Below, one piece after another: positions 9,380 through 19,957 of a DNA stretch of 64,000 bases. Below the pieces are notes generated by a model. That model made no database searches. It had not been told where the DNA came from and worked only from the letters and a program-made list of their open reading frames with translations. The translations under genes were made by a program, and so were the position numbers. Every line of letters starts with the position of its first letter. Position 1 is the first letter of the stretch. The DNA is taken from assembly GCA_040396955.1 (NCBI GenBank), contig JBBAWX010000006.1:67257-131256 (forward strand), written 5' to 3'. Origin of the DNA: Roseiflexaceae bacterium. GTDB taxonomy: Bacteria; Chloroflexota; Chloroflexia; Chloroflexales; Roseiflexaceae.

Positions 9380-10198
9380 CTATACGCCACTAAATGCCGA
9401 AAAACCGCCGTCCACGGCGATCACCTGACCAGTCACAAACGCGGCGGCTGGCGATAACAGCCAGAGCATGGTCCCAACCAAATCAGCCGGCGTGCCGAAA
9501 CGACGCATCGGCGTATGTGCCAAAATTTGCTGACCCCGCGGCGTCAAGGTCTGCGCATCGGCCTCCAACAACAGATAGCGATTTTGCTCGGTCAAAAAAA
9601 AGCCAGGAGCAATGGCGTTGACTCGGATGTGCGGTGAATACTCAAGTGCCACATGCGTGGCCAACCAGCGCGTGAATGTATCGAGGCCGGCCTTGGCGGC
9701 AGAATAGGCCAACACACGGGTCAGTGGTCGCTGTGTGCTAATCGACGAAATATTGAGGATGGCCCCGCTGCCATGTGCCACGAGATGAGGAATCACGTGC
9801 TGCGAGAGCTGAATGGCACTAAACAGATTCACGTCCATGACTTCGTGCATGGCAGCCAATGGCACATCCGCAAAGGCCTGATTTCCGGTCGTAGCCGCAG
9901 GGCGATTACCACCAGCGCCATTGATCAGCGCCGTAATCGGGCCACTCGCGACCACTTGTTGGATGGCCCGTGGGATGTGCGCGGCATCACTCAGGTCAAC
10001 CGCCACCACTTCGAGGTAACCGGCCGGCACATCGGCGAATTTTTGCTGGGTCAGCTCCGGATTGCGCGTCAGCACCACCACAGTCGCACCATGATGCACC
10101 AACGCACGGACCATGCTTTCACCGAGCACCCCACTCCCACCACTCATCACGATGCGCTGCTGGTGAAAATCAAAGACGCTTCGCATGTCCATGCTCAT
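9380..10198 (-). CDS. short-chain dehydrogenase/reductase (SDR)
   Basis: 272 aa. Glycine-rich SGGSGVLG, NGAGG, and catalytic YSAAKAG (YxxxK). Confidence 0.85.
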   Translation of the reverse strand: MSMDMRSVFDFHQQRIVMSGGSGVLGESMVRALVHHGATVVVLTRNPELTQQKFADVPAGYLEVVAVDLSDAAHIPRAIQQVVASGPITALINGAGGNRPAATTGNQAFADVPLAAMHEVMDVNLFSAIQLSQHVIPHLVAHGSGAILNISSISTQRPLTRVLAYSAAKAGLDTFTRWLATHVALEYSPHIRVNAIAPGFFLTEQNRYLLLEADAQTLTPRGQQILAHTPMRRFGTPADLVGTMLWLLSPAAAFVTGQVIAVDGGFSAFSGV

Positions 10199-10249
10199 GG
10201 CCTTTCCTTCTTACTACCGGTGTATGTAAAAAACTGTAATCGTGCCTGG

Positions 10250-11743
10250 CTAACGCCGTTTGCTCCGCCCACCACGGGGGGAAATCTGGACTTCGGGCTC
10301 GGCAATCTGTGGTTCTTCGCCGGCAAGTGCCTGTGGATCAAGCTGTACTGGTGACGCTCCCGCCGGTGGATGTGCCGCTGGCGCTGGATCCGGCATCGAT
10401 TGCACGCTCAACAACGACTCACGCCAAGCGAGACGCTCGGCCACTTTGACCTCGTAGCCGCGATCGCTGGGGTGGTAGTAACGACGTCCACGCAAATTCT
10501 CGGGAAAGTGGACCTGGTCAATCTGCGCATCCGGGTGATCGTGCGCATATTGATAGCCACGCCCATAGCCGAGGCCTTTCATCAGGCTCGTCGGCGCATT
10601 ACGCAGATGCAACGGTACCGGGTCATTGCGGGTCTGTTCGACGTCGGTGAGTGCTTGGGCATAGGCGGCATACACGGCGTTGCTTTTGGGGGCCTGGGCC
10701 AAGTACACCACCAAGTTGGCGAGTGCCAAATCACCCTCGGGTTGCCCAATAAAGTGCACCGTTTGTTGGGTGGCAGTCGCCACCACTAACGCCTGCGGGT
10801 CGGCCATACCAACGTCTTCCACGGCAATTCTCAGCATGCGGCGCGCCACATACAGCGGATCTTCACCACCGGCCAGCATGCGCCCCAACCAGTACAAGGC
10901 GGCATCTGGGTCACTGCCACGAATTGACTTGTGGAGTGCTGATATGGCATCGTAGTGCAGTTCACCGTTTTTGTCGTAACGCGTGGCTCGACTCTGGAGT
11001 GCCTCGCGCATGTCATCAACGGTAATCAGACGCTTCCCTGCGAGACTCGGTGTTTTGGAGACCACGGCAACTTCAAGGGCATTGAGTGCCACACGCGCAT
11101 CGCCATTGGCCATGTCGATGAGATACCCACGTGCATCGCTAGCAAGCAACGGCTGATACTCAGCAAGACCATTGACCGCATCGTGCACGGCACGGTCGAT
11201 GAGGGCACCGAGTTGCTCGTCGCTCAGCGCTTCGAGCACGAAAATGCGGGCCCGGGAGCGTAGCGCAGGGTTGACCTCGAATGAGGGATTCTCGGTGGTA
11301 GCACCAATCAAGATGACCGTGCCATCTTCGACGTGGGGGAGCACAGCATCTTGTTGCGCTTTGTTGAAACGATGGATTTCGTCGATGAACAACACGGTAC
11401 GCTGCCGATACATGCCGAGGCGCTCACGGGCTTCACTCACCACCCGCCGCAAATCGGCCACTCCAGCGGTAACCGCAGATAATGGCTCAAAATAGGCCTT
11501 AGTATGCTCGGCAATGATCCGTGCGAGGGTGGTCTTGCCACACCCAGGTGGTCCCCACAAAATCATCGAAAACAGGGCATCTTGCTCGATGGCGCGCTTA
11601 AGCATGCGCCCATCACCGATAATCGTCTGTTGCCCGACCATCTCGGTAAGGGTGGTCGGGCGCATGCGGGTAGCCAAAGGAGCCTGTTTGTGCACGTGAC
11701 GATCAGTGCTCGGATCAAACAATTCTCGTTGTGCTTTGGCCAT
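10250..11743 (-). CDS. rarA: replication-associated recombination protein A (AAA+ ATPase RarA/MgsA)
   Basis: Walker A GPPGCGKTT, Walker B/sensor LFIDEIHRFNKAQQD, and an MgsA C-terminal domain. Start set at ATG 11743 (GGGAGGTGG SD just upstream) rather than ORF start 11788. Has a Pro/Ala/Glu-rich C-terminal tail of about 60 aa. Confidence 0.9.
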   Translation of the reverse strand: MAKAQRELFDPSTDRHVHKQAPLATRMRPTTLTEMVGQQTIIGDGRMLKRAIEQDALFSMILWGPPGCGKTTLARIIAEHTKAYFEPLSAVTAGVADLRRVVSEARERLGMYRQRTVLFIDEIHRFNKAQQDAVLPHVEDGTVILIGATTENPSFEVNPALRSRARIFVLEALSDEQLGALIDRAVHDAVNGLAEYQPLLASDARGYLIDMANGDARVALNALEVAVVSKTPSLAGKRLITVDDMREALQSRATRYDKNGELHYDAISALHKSIRGSDPDAALYWLGRMLAGGEDPLYVARRMLRIAVEDVGMADPQALVVATATQQTVHFIGQPEGDLALANLVVYLAQAPKSNAVYAAYAQALTDVEQTRNDPVPLHLRNAPTSLMKGLGYGRGYQYAHDHPDAQIDQVHFPENLRGRRYYHPSDRGYEVKVAERLAWRESLLSVQSMPDPAPAAHPPAGASPVQLDPQALAGEEPQIAEPEVQISPRGGRSKRR

Positions 11744-11878
11744 CAACCACCTCCCACATCCATCACGATGACCGCCATGCGTGACCATACCTGTCGTTTG
11801 TTTTGCACCTCACACCCCCATAGTAGCACAAATTTGCTACTTTTTCAGGGGGAGGGGAGTGTGGCACCTGGGCGGACG

Positions 11879-12553
11879 CTACGGCTCACCACGATAGCTT
11901 GCCACGGCGCGCACCTGAGTGACCACGTCGGTGAGCACCTGCTGGAGGCCACTGCCACGATCGGCAGGCACTAGTGGCCCGCCAATGACGACCGAGGCAG
12001 CCCCGAGGCGGGCCGCTGTAATTGCATCGGCCACCGAGAGACCGCCAACCACTTGCACCGGAATATTGACGGCAGCAATGACGGCGGCGAGCCCATCAAT
12101 GGCACGCAATTCGGTATGGACCTGACGATGATCAAGGCCAAGATGCCACCCAATCATGTCAACTCCGAGGGATGCCACTCGCTGGGCCGTCGCAACAGGA
12201 TCTGCACAAAACATGGTATCGGCGATGACTTTGACGCCATTCGCATGGGCTCGCTCCACGGCACGCACAATGGTGGCATCGTGGGCAGCCGCCATCACAT
12301 CGAAATAATTCGCTCCAGCGGCTGCCGCCAATGAAGCAAAATACCCACCACCATCACACACTTTGAAATCACAGACAATGGGGTGTGTGGGATACGTAGC
12401 CCGGAGCGCTCGGACCACTTCCATGCCCTGCTCGACCATCAGACCGGTCCCTGCCTCGAGCCAATCGACACCGGCATCTACGGCAATCTGAGCGACATGC
12501 AGGGCATCGGGAATAGTATGCAAATCGAGAGAAATTTGGACACGACACGGCAT
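11879..12553 (-). CDS. OMP-decarboxylase suprafamily protein (3-hexulose-6-phosphate synthase / 3-keto-L-gulonate-6-P decarboxylase-like)
   Basis: 224 aa from ATG 12553 (AGGAGG SD 8 nt upstream). ISLDL, DFKVCDGG and VVGGLS pattern of HPS/KGPDC-type TIM barrels. Subfamily cannot be resolved by eye. Confidence 0.6.
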   Translation of the reverse strand: MPCRVQISLDLHTIPDALHVAQIAVDAGVDWLEAGTGLMVEQGMEVVRALRATYPTHPIVCDFKVCDGGGYFASLAAAAGANYFDVMAAAHDATIVRAVERAHANGVKVIADTMFCADPVATAQRVASLGVDMIGWHLGLDHRQVHTELRAIDGLAAVIAAVNIPVQVVGGLSVADAITAARLGAASVVIGGPLVPADRGSGLQQVLTDVVTQVRAVASYRGEP

Positions 12554-12637
12554 GGCAAGTACCTCCTGGGCATCAGCACGGCGAGACACGGATCTAGGTC
12601 ATCGATGAAAAAACTGATGCCGCCATTGTACACCGAA

Positions 12638-12666
12638 TTGCACAATTGCGACGAACCCCGTACAAT
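12638..12666 (+). promoter_or_regulatory. candidate sigma-70 promoter for the deacetylase-family gene
   Basis: TTGCAC (12638-12643), 17-nt spacer, TACAAT (12661-12666), 40 nt upstream of ATG 12707. Confidence 0.35.
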
Positions 12667-12706
12667 GCGTATATCCAATTTTTTACACACCTGAATCGTA
12701 CTGCAT

Positions 12707-13726
12707 ATGCGTATCATCACCAGCGATGCCCATCGGCTCCACATGCCCCCACATGAGTTTTATGATGGCGCTCTCATTCCTCCGTTTGAATCAGCAACGC
12801 GTGCCGATATCATTGATGCCGCGCTAGGAGCCGCCGGCTACGACGATACCCTGGCGCCTGAGCCAGTACCGCTCGCGTTGCTTGAGCGGCTCCATCACCC
12901 CGACTATCTCGCCTACCTACAGCACATCTACCCGCAATGGTGTGCGGCGGGCGGGGCGCCTGAGGCGGTCATTCCCAGCACCCTGGCGGTTCGTTGGATG
13001 CACCGGTTTTCATCCCATCCCTTGGCCACACCTGGCTACTACGCCTTTGATTTGAGCGCCCCGATTGTGGCTGGTACGTGGCAAGCCAGCCTTGATTCTG
13101 CCAGTATGGCCGCTACGGCAGCCCAACAGATACTAGCAGGGCACCGCGCCGTGTATGCCCGTTGCCGGCCACCGGGTCATCATGCCGGTAGCGACATGTG
13201 TGGCGGGTATTGCTACCTCAACAACGCCGCCATAGCCGCTGAAACATTGGCAACGCATCATCGAGTCGCCATTCTCGACATCGACATTCATCACGGCAAC
13301 GGCACCCAGCAGATTTTTTATGCGCGTGACGATGTGTTTTTTGCCTCCATCCACGGTGATCCACAGGTCTGCTACCCCTACTTCATGGGGTTTGCCGACG
13401 AAACCGGCGTTGGTGCCGGTCACGGGAGCACCCTGAATCTGCCGCTCGCATTTGGATGTGACGATGCCACCTACCTTGCCACTCTTGAGCAGGCCATACA
13501 CGCCATTACGCGCTGGGGTGCGACGGCGCTGGTAATTTCGGCAGGGTTCGATACGTATGCCGGCGATCCGTTGGGTGGCTTCCAACTCAGTCGGTCGTGC
13601 TACCAGCGCATTGGTGCACGCTGTGCGGCCATGGGAATCCCCATCGTGGTCATCCAAGAGGGGGGATATGCGGTATCGGCGCTCGGCGACAACGTGGTGG
13701 CACTCCTCAACGGCATCGAGGCGTAA
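12707..13726 (+). CDS. histone deacetylase-family protein (acetoin utilisation / acetylpolyamine amidohydrolase-like)
   Basis: 339 aa. RPPGHHA, DIDIHHGNGTQ and GFDTYAGDPLG motifs of the arginase/deacetylase superfamily. Confidence 0.85.
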   Translation: MRIITSDAHRLHMPPHEFYDGALIPPFESATRADIIDAALGAAGYDDTLAPEPVPLALLERLHHPDYLAYLQHIYPQWCAAGGAPEAVIPSTLAVRWMHRFSSHPLATPGYYAFDLSAPIVAGTWQASLDSASMAATAAQQILAGHRAVYARCRPPGHHAGSDMCGGYCYLNNAAIAAETLATHHRVAILDIDIHHGNGTQQIFYARDDVFFASIHGDPQVCYPYFMGFADETGVGAGHGSTLNLPLAFGCDDATYLATLEQAIHAITRWGATALVISAGFDTYAGDPLGGFQLSRSCYQRIGARCAAMGIPIVVIQEGGYAVSALGDNVVALLNGIEA

Positions 13727-13785
13727 TCGCCGTGGTTGTGTGATAGGATAGAGGCAAGCATTTTTTGTGACAAAGTGACACATGT

Positions 13786-14376
13786 ATGACACGTTTACCA
13801 AGTGGTGGTCGCATCGAAGTCATCTGTGGGTGCATGTTTAGCGGCAAAACGGAAGAGCTCATCAGGCGCCTTACCCACGTCCAACTGGCGCGCCAGACCC
13901 TGGTCGCCTATACGCCACGCCGCGATACGCGCTACCGCACCGGCAGTCTTGCTAGCCACAACGGTCAGACCATTGAAGCGGTAACCGTGAGCTGCATTGA
14001 AGATATCGTCGACTCCATTCCTGCGGGCACACAGGTCATCGCCATCGACGAGGTACAGTTCCTCGAAAGCACTGCACAGGCAGTTGTGGCTGGGTGTCAG
14101 ACGATTGCCGATCGAGGCATCCGCGTGATTGTGGCCGGTCTCGACCAGGATTTTCGTGCCCAGCCGTTTGCGATTGTAGCGGAGCTGATGGCCGTCGCTG
14201 AGCAGGTCGACAAGCTCTACGCTATTTGCATACAATGTGGCGCCTATGCGACCCGATCGCAACGGCTCATCAATGGGCTACCGGCTCCCCATTCGGCACC
14301 GGTCATTGTCGTGGGCGGCTCAGAACTCTACGAAGCGCGTTGTCGCAATTGCTACCAAATCGGCACCGAGGGATAA
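13786..14376 (+). CDS. tdk: thymidine kinase
   Basis: 196 aa. P-loop [20 protein letters not shown], and a C-terminal zinc ribbon (CIQCG...CRNC). Confidence 0.9.
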   Translation: MTRLPSGGRIEVICGCMFSGKTEELIRRLTHVQLARQTLVAYTPRRDTRYRTGSLASHNGQTIEAVTVSCIEDIVDSIPAGTQVIAIDEVQFLESTAQAVVAGCQTIADRGIRVIVAGLDQDFRAQPFAIVAELMAVAEQVDKLYAICIQCGAYATRSQRLINGLPAPHSAPVIVVGGSELYEARCRNCYQIGTEG

Positions 14377-14477
14377 CACACAGGCACATTGACTTTTCAA
14401 TGAATCTCCAATGTTTGTGTGGTATCATAGACGAAGGTTCGGGTTTTTTGCACATCCACTCAGGAGGTACCTCACCT

Positions 14478-14714
14478 ATGCCATACGTGATTACCGAGGC
14501 GTGTATCGGCACCAAAGATGCATCATGTGTCTCAGTGTGCCCGGTTGACTGCATCTATGAGGGCTCAGATCAGTACTACATCAATCCCGACGAGTGCATT
14601 GATTGTGGCGCCTGTGAGCCAGAATGCCCAGTCGAAGCCATCTTCGCTGATGATGCAGTACCCAACGACATGCGGTCATTCATCGCCAAAAACTCCAAGT
14701 TTTTTGGTGAATAA
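14478..14714 (+). CDS. fdxA: ferredoxin (2 x Fe-S cluster, 7Fe/8Fe bacterial type)
   Basis: 78 aa from ATG 14478 (AGGAGG SD at 14463-14468). Cysteine clusters CIGTKDASCVSVCP and CIDCGACEPECP. The annotated ORF start at 14226 is an upstream run-on. Confidence 0.9.
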   Translation: MPYVITEACIGTKDASCVSVCPVDCIYEGSDQYYINPDECIDCGACEPECPVEAIFADDAVPNDMRSFIAKNSKFFGE

Positions 14715-14771
14715 CGATAGCACCAGCGATTCGGCGCCGAGCCACAAATAAACGGTACGTTCACGCACGAC

Positions 14772-14824
14772 ACATCAACACGGCCACAGTCATTATGAAT
14801 GACTTGACGTGTTGATGTTTTTTG
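14772..14824 (+). terminator. intrinsic terminator downstream of ferredoxin
   Basis: 11-bp stem ACATCAACACG (14772-14782) / CGTGTTGATGT (14808-14818), with an inner GTCATT/GAATGAC helix, followed by a TTTTTT run (14818-14823). Confidence 0.6.
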
Positions 14825-14864
14825 GTAGGAGCGCATCATCACGGTGCACACAAGGGAGGGTTCG

Positions 14865-15317
14865 ATGCGACCATGGCAACAATTTTGTCATAGCAACCGC
14901 CAGATCATCATGGCGATTTGTGGCATTGTGAGCCTCGTGGTGGCAACTTTTTGGTGGGTGGTGACGTCACAATCAAGTGACATTTCCCGTGCGGCCTTGC
15001 TGTTTATCATGCCACTAGGGGCAGGCATTGGTTTGACGCTGGGGTGGTCACGGCAGTGGCAAACGATATGGATAAGTGTGCTACTGATGTATTTGCTGAC
15101 CCCATTTGTGTCGGCACGCATTGAGTCGTGCCTGTTGCCGATTGCGGATCAGTGGCCGTGTTTTGCAAGTCTTGATCAGGTACGCAGTGCCGGCAATCAG
15201 AGTGGGCATCGCATCTATTTCGGTGGGCTTATCGTCATACACACCGCAGTAACAATCGTGCTATGGGTTATCATGCACCGACAGGAGGCGCGCGATGTCG
15301 CACCAACACATTCGTGA
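14865..15317 (+). CDS. hypothetical small membrane protein
   Basis: 150 aa from ATG 14865 (AGGGAGGG SD about 6 nt upstream). Has 3-4 hydrophobic segments and no recognisable motif. The 3' end overlaps the next gene by 23 nt. Confidence 0.5.
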   Translation: MRPWQQFCHSNRQIIMAICGIVSLVVATFWWVVTSQSSDISRAALLFIMPLGAGIGLTLGWSRQWQTIWISVLLMYLLTPFVSARIESCLLPIADQWPCFASLDQVRSAGNQSGHRIYFGGLIVIHTAVTIVLWVIMHRQEARDVAPTHS

Positions 15318-16362
15318 ACGCATCGAAGCATTCGAAGCCAGCTACCTTTCGCCGTATGCGGCCCGGAGTGTCGACGCAGTCCGGGACATCGCCGAGGTCG
15401 AATCGCCGGTGCGCAGTCGCTTTCAACGAGATCGCGACCGCATTCTGCACTCCAAGCCTTTTCGTCGCCTCAAGCACAAAACGCAGGTCTTCATTGCGCC
15501 CCTCGGTGACCACTACCGTACTCGACTCACCCACACGCTGGAAGTGACTCAGATTGCGCGCACCGTGGCACGCGGACTACGGCTCAACGAAGACTTGGTG
15601 GAGGCGATTGGACTCGGGCACGACATCGGCCATGCGCCCTTTGGGCATGCCGGTGAAACCGCACTCTCACACGCTCGAGGCGATTCGTTTCGGCACAACG
15701 AGCAGAGCCGCCGCATCGTCGAAGTACTCGAAAAAAACGGCACTGGGCTGAACTTGACCTACGTGGTGCGTGAGGGAATTTACATGCACTCCAAAGGACG
15801 GCGGGACATCAGTGCCAAAGCCTGGGGAGTCGCAAGCACCCTCGAGGGTCAAATCATCAAGGTGGCTGATTCGGTGGCCTACATCAACCACGACATCGAC
15901 GACGCCATGCGAGCAGGGATTTTGCGCGAGGCAGATTTGCCAGCACGGGCCTTGGCCGTGCTAGGGCACACTCACGCCGATCGCATCAACACCATGGTAT
16001 GCGACCTCATAGACCAAAACTGGTGGGCGAGTGGGGACGGTACCGCTCCAGAGCACCGGGAGCTCGTCATGAGCGCAGAAGTGCTTGCGGCCACCAACGA
16101 GCTACGTGAATTCATGTATCAAAACGTCTATCTTGGCTCTATCGCCAAAACGGAAGATCACAAGGTGGATTTGATTATTGAGTTGTTGTACAAGTACTTC
16201 ATGCAACACCCAGACAACATTCCCGATGAGATTATGCGCATCAATCATGCCCGTGGCGAACCGCTCAGCCAAGCGGTGGTCGACTATGTGGCAGGGATGA
16301 CCGATCGCTTTGCCACACAAATATTTCAAGACATCTACGTGCCACGCACGTGGGGCAAATAA
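15295..16362 (+). CDS. dGTPase-like HD-domain deoxynucleoside triphosphate triphosphohydrolase
   Basis: 355 aa. RTRLTHTLEVTQIAR and GLGHDIGHAPFGHAGE HD-domain motifs. AGGAGG SD 6 nt upstream. Sits directly upstream of dnaG. Confidence 0.85.
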   Translation: MSHQHIRERIEAFEASYLSPYAARSVDAVRDIAEVESPVRSRFQRDRDRILHSKPFRRLKHKTQVFIAPLGDHYRTRLTHTLEVTQIARTVARGLRLNEDLVEAIGLGHDIGHAPFGHAGETALSHARGDSFRHNEQSRRIVEVLEKNGTGLNLTYVVREGIYMHSKGRRDISAKAWGVASTLEGQIIKVADSVAYINHDIDDAMRAGILREADLPARALAVLGHTHADRINTMVCDLIDQNWWASGDGTAPEHRELVMSAEVLAATNELREFMYQNVYLGSIAKTEDHKVDLIIELLYKYFMQHPDNIPDEIMRINHARGEPLSQAVVDYVAGMTDRFATQIFQDIYVPRTWGK

Positions 16363-16396
16363 ATCGAATGGGCACGCCGGCCGACAACGAGAATCT

Positions 16397-18364
16397 ATGA
16401 GCTACACCAACGTCATCGAGACCATCAAAGAGCGCCTCGACATCGTCGAGCTGATTAGTGGCAAAGTCCAACTCCGCAAGTCGGGGCGGTCATTGGTCGG
16501 ATTTTGTCCGTTTCACTCCAATACGCGGACGCCGGCCTTCACCGTTTACCCAGATTCACAGAGCTTTCACTGTTTTGGCTGTAAAGCATCGGGCACTATT
16601 TTTGACTTCGTGATGCGCAGTGAGGGGCTCGAGTTCCGCGAGGCTCTCGAGCTCTTGGCGCACCGTGCCGGGGTCGAATTAACGCCGCGCACCAGTCAAG
16701 ACGAAGAACGCGATCAACAGCGCGAGCGCCTCATCGAGATCAACGTGGCTGCGGCGCGGTTGTTTCACCACATGCTCCTCAAATCACCACGCGGGGCTGA
16801 AGCGCGAGAATACGTGGCGCGGCGCCAAATCAACGACTGGGCGATTGAGAGCTTCCAACTCGGGTTTGCCCCCGAAGAGCGCACCTTGGTGTTCGATTAT
16901 TTGACACAAAAGCAAGGCTACGATGCGGCAGAGGTTGTGGCAGCCGGACTGGCCATTCAGCGTGACGACGGGAGCTACTACGACCGTTTTCGCGGACGTG
17001 TCATCTTCCCAATTCGCAACGCCAAGGGTCAACTCATTGCCTTCGGCGGACGGGCACTCGGCGACGCACAGCCCAAATACCTGAATTCACCGCAGACGCT
17101 CTTGTTTGACAAAAGCAGTGTGCTCTACGGTCTCGACATGGCCCGAGAGGCGATACGGCAACACGATGCAGTAATCATTGTAGAGGGGTACGTAGATGCC
17201 ATTGCCCTGCACCAGCACGGGCATCGCAACGTGGTCGCACCACTCGGCACCGCACTGACGCCCGAGCATGTACAGCTCATCAAAAAACTGACCAAAAACA
17301 TTTACTTGGCACTCGATGCGGATGGGGCAGGAATCCGGGCTACGTTGAAGGGATTGCAGACGCTCCACGAGCATCTCGATTCACGACTTATCCCCGTGCC
17401 GACCCCTAGCGGAGTCATCTCTTGGAGTCACAACGTGGATGCGCAGATTCGCATCATTGAGCTCCCCGAAGGCAAAGACCCCGACGAGCTCCTCAATGAA
17501 GATGCGACAGTCTGGCCACAACTCGTAGCCCAAGCCCTGCCCTCCATGGATTTTTATGTGCAGGTACTGACTCGTGATCTCGATTTGGATACCTTGGCCG
17601 ATAAACGCACAGCACTTGACCGCCTCGGGCCACTCATCGTACAAATCGGCAATCAACTAGAGCAGAGCCATTATGTACAGTTGCTGGCACGAATGCTCAG
17701 CCTCGACGAGGCAGTACTCCGTAGTGAACTCCGCCGCCTCAAACAAAACAAACCGGTGGCTGTTGCCACTGCCACTGCCACGGCAGTGGCCCCCAAGGTC
17801 GCCACGCCGACAAGTACGCCAGCGGCCCCAAAGACGTGGTTGAAGGGGCGGGCACAGTACTCGGCCGAGTACCTGTTGATGTGCTTGATGCAGTTTGGCG
17901 AGACACGGACCGAAGTCGAGCACAAACTTGCCCACGACATGGCCGAATTCCCACAGGTACAACAGTGCATGCAAGGCACCATTGATGAGCTCCTCCAAGG
18001 GGATGATGAGCTTCGAGCCATCTGGCAGGCCTGGGCGAAAGCGGCACCGGCCGATCTTGTGCAGTGGATAAACGGCCTCCCGGAGATTTTGCGTGAGCGC
18101 CTCAACCAGATGAGCCTACGGGTGCAACTCCCCAAAGAATACCTGATTACCAACGAAGCACTAGAATGTGTTACAATCTTGCAACGCGAAGTTGCAAAAC
18201 ATTGGAATACTCGGTTGACCCGTCAGCTTGTCGACAATGACCACGACACAGCACAGATGGAGTTGTTGCAGGTTATTGCCGACATACAACAGTACCTCAA
18301 CAGACTCATGACTCCACCACGCAGTTCGACGTACGACGACCTGCATAATCGTCAACAGAGCTAA
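16397..18364 (+). CDS. dnaG: DNA primase
   Basis: 655 aa from ATG 16397. Zinc ribbon CPFHSNTRTPAFTV...FHCFGC and Toprim EGYVDAIAL / LDADGAG. The ORF-track start at 16310 is an N-terminal run-on overlapping the previous gene. Confidence 0.9.
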   Translation: MSYTNVIETIKERLDIVELISGKVQLRKSGRSLVGFCPFHSNTRTPAFTVYPDSQSFHCFGCKASGTIFDFVMRSEGLEFREALELLAHRAGVELTPRTSQDEERDQQRERLIEINVAAARLFHHMLLKSPRGAEAREYVARRQINDWAIESFQLGFAPEERTLVFDYLTQKQGYDAAEVVAAGLAIQRDDGSYYDRFRGRVIFPIRNAKGQLIAFGGRALGDAQPKYLNSPQTLLFDKSSVLYGLDMAREAIRQHDAVIIVEGYVDAIALHQHGHRNVVAPLGTALTPEHVQLIKKLTKNIYLALDADGAGIRATLKGLQTLHEHLDSRLIPVPTPSGVISWSHNVDAQIRIIELPEGKDPDELLNEDATVWPQLVAQALPSMDFYVQVLTRDLDLDTLADKRTALDRLGPLIVQIGNQLEQSHYVQLLARMLSLDEAVLRSELRRLKQNKPVAVATATATAVAPKVATPTSTPAAPKTWLKGRAQYSAEYLLMCLMQFGETRTEVEHKLAHDMAEFPQVQQCMQGTIDELLQGDDELRAIWQAWAKAAPADLVQWINGLPEILRERLNQMSLRVQLPKEYLITNEALECVTILQREVAKHWNTRLTRQLVDNDHDTAQMELLQVIADIQQYLNRLMTPPRSSTYDDLHNRQQS

Positions 18365-18376
18365 GGGACAGCTGCC

Positions 18377-19882
18377 ATGGATGGAAACAAACCACACGCA
18401 CAACAAGATCCCAGCCACATTCCCAACGAACTCGACGTGTCTGAAGAGAACGAAGTGGGCAGTGAATTAGAGTTCCCACCAGAAACTGGCGACCAAAGCA
18501 ACGAAGCATATCGCACGTTGGAAGTCACCTGGTGGTTGTTGCCACCAGTCATGCAACAGACGCTATTGGCGGCCCCCGAACACGTTGCTGCGATACTCGG
18601 TGCCCAGAACGGGCATCCGCTGTTTGATGTGCATGCCGACCCGATACGCATCCCGACTCCCGAATACCAGCACGACGGTGAATTATCGGGCACGCTGAAA
18701 GAGATGGATGCCCGATCAGGCGCCGATGAGTACGAAGAAACCGATTTAGAACTCGACCACGAGGTCGTTGCCACTGCACCGGTGCATAGTTTTAGTGATC
18801 CAGTGCGCTTGTACCTGCGTGAAATCGGCAACATCAAACTATTGACGATTGCTCAAGAGCGCGCCTATGCGCGTGCCATTGAAATCGGCAGTTACTTCGA
18901 AAAATACCTGATGATGGTCGACATCGAGACCCCCATCGCCCATGCAGACAGCACGACGCTCCTCACGCACGTCAGCAAACAACCGGCAGCCACGGTGGCA
19001 CGCTTCATTGAGCAGTTCAGTGAAGTGGTGGTGCTCCAGATGAGCAAAGCGCTAACCGACATCCACCCCAACAGCACGTTTCGTTGTGATGTGGCGAGCC
19101 ATCACGAGGCGTTTGCAGCACAGCACGACGCCATCATGGTGCGCTGGATGACGCTGATTAACAATGGGCGACAGGCACGTGAATACTTGACATCGGCCAA
19201 TTTGCGCCTGGTGGTGTCCGTGGCCAAGAAGTACATCGGCCGCGGTTTACAGCTCCTTGATCTCATCCAGGAGGGCAACGTAGGGCTCATTCGCGCAGTT
19301 GAGAAGTTTGATTACCGCCGCGGCTTTAAATTTTCGACCTATGCCACCTGGTGGATACGGCAGGCCATCACACGGGCCATTGCCGACCAAGCACGGACCA
19401 TCCGCATTCCCGTGCACATGGTCGAGACCATCAATAAGCTGACACGTGAGACCCGGCGCCTCGTACAAGAGCTGGGGCGTGATCCTTACGACGAAGAGCT
19501 GGCGCGTGAGATGGGGATTAGTGTGGATCGCATTCGCGTCATCCGCAAGACATCACTCGAGCCGATTTCACTCGAGACACCGGTCGGCATTGAAGAAGAC
19601 AGCCATCTTGGGGATTTCATCGAGGATGCCAAGGCGCTGGCCCCTGCCGATGTCGCGACCAATCATCTGCTCCGTGAGCAACTGCGGCAGGTGTTAGAAC
19701 GCCTCAACGAGCGGGAGCGGCGCGTCCTCCAGCTTCGCTTTGGGCTTGAAGACGGTCACAACTGGACGCTCGAAGAAGTAGGGCGTGAGCTCAACGTGAC
19801 CCGTGAGCGGATTCGTCAAATCGAGGTAAAAGCACTGCGAAAATTGCGTAATAGTCGATTCTTGCTTGACTACATGGAATAA
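18377..19882 (+). CDS. rpoD: primary (housekeeping) RNA polymerase sigma factor
   Basis: 501 aa. Acidic N-terminus, region 2 [43 protein letters not shown], and region 4 [21 protein letters not shown]. Confidence 0.9.
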   Translation: MDGNKPHAQQDPSHIPNELDVSEENEVGSELEFPPETGDQSNEAYRTLEVTWWLLPPVMQQTLLAAPEHVAAILGAQNGHPLFDVHADPIRIPTPEYQHDGELSGTLKEMDARSGADEYEETDLELDHEVVATAPVHSFSDPVRLYLREIGNIKLLTIAQERAYARAIEIGSYFEKYLMMVDIETPIAHADSTTLLTHVSKQPAATVARFIEQFSEVVVLQMSKALTDIHPNSTFRCDVASHHEAFAAQHDAIMVRWMTLINNGRQAREYLTSANLRLVVSVAKKYIGRGLQLLDLIQEGNVGLIRAVEKFDYRRGFKFSTYATWWIRQAITRAIADQARTIRIPVHMVETINKLTRETRRLVQELGRDPYDEELAREMGISVDRIRVIRKTSLEPISLETPVGIEEDSHLGDFIEDAKALAPADVATNHLLREQLRQVLERLNERERRVLQLRFGLEDGHNWTLEEVGRELNVTRERIRQIEVKALRKLRNSRFLLDYME

Positions 19883-19910
19883 CCCGCATCACTGCATCCC
19901 CATGAGAATG

Positions 19911-19919
19911 TGGTAGAAT
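19911..19919 (+). promoter_or_regulatory. candidate extended -10 promoter element for the J-domain gene
   Basis: TGGTAGAAT (TGn + TAGAAT) at 19911-19919, about 38 nt upstream of the GTG start at 19958. No convincing -35. Confidence 0.3.
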
Positions 19920-19957
19920 GGTCAGTCAGAAGCCAATTATCTAGGGGATGACGACAC

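Noticed and set aside
11822-11845. AT-rich hairpin AGTAGCA/TGCTACT followed by TTTTT on the + strand
   Set aside because: No + strand gene ends upstream of it. On the minus strand, downstream of the HPS-like gene, it lacks a U-tract. The 7-bp AT-rich stem is too weak to call a terminator with any confidence.
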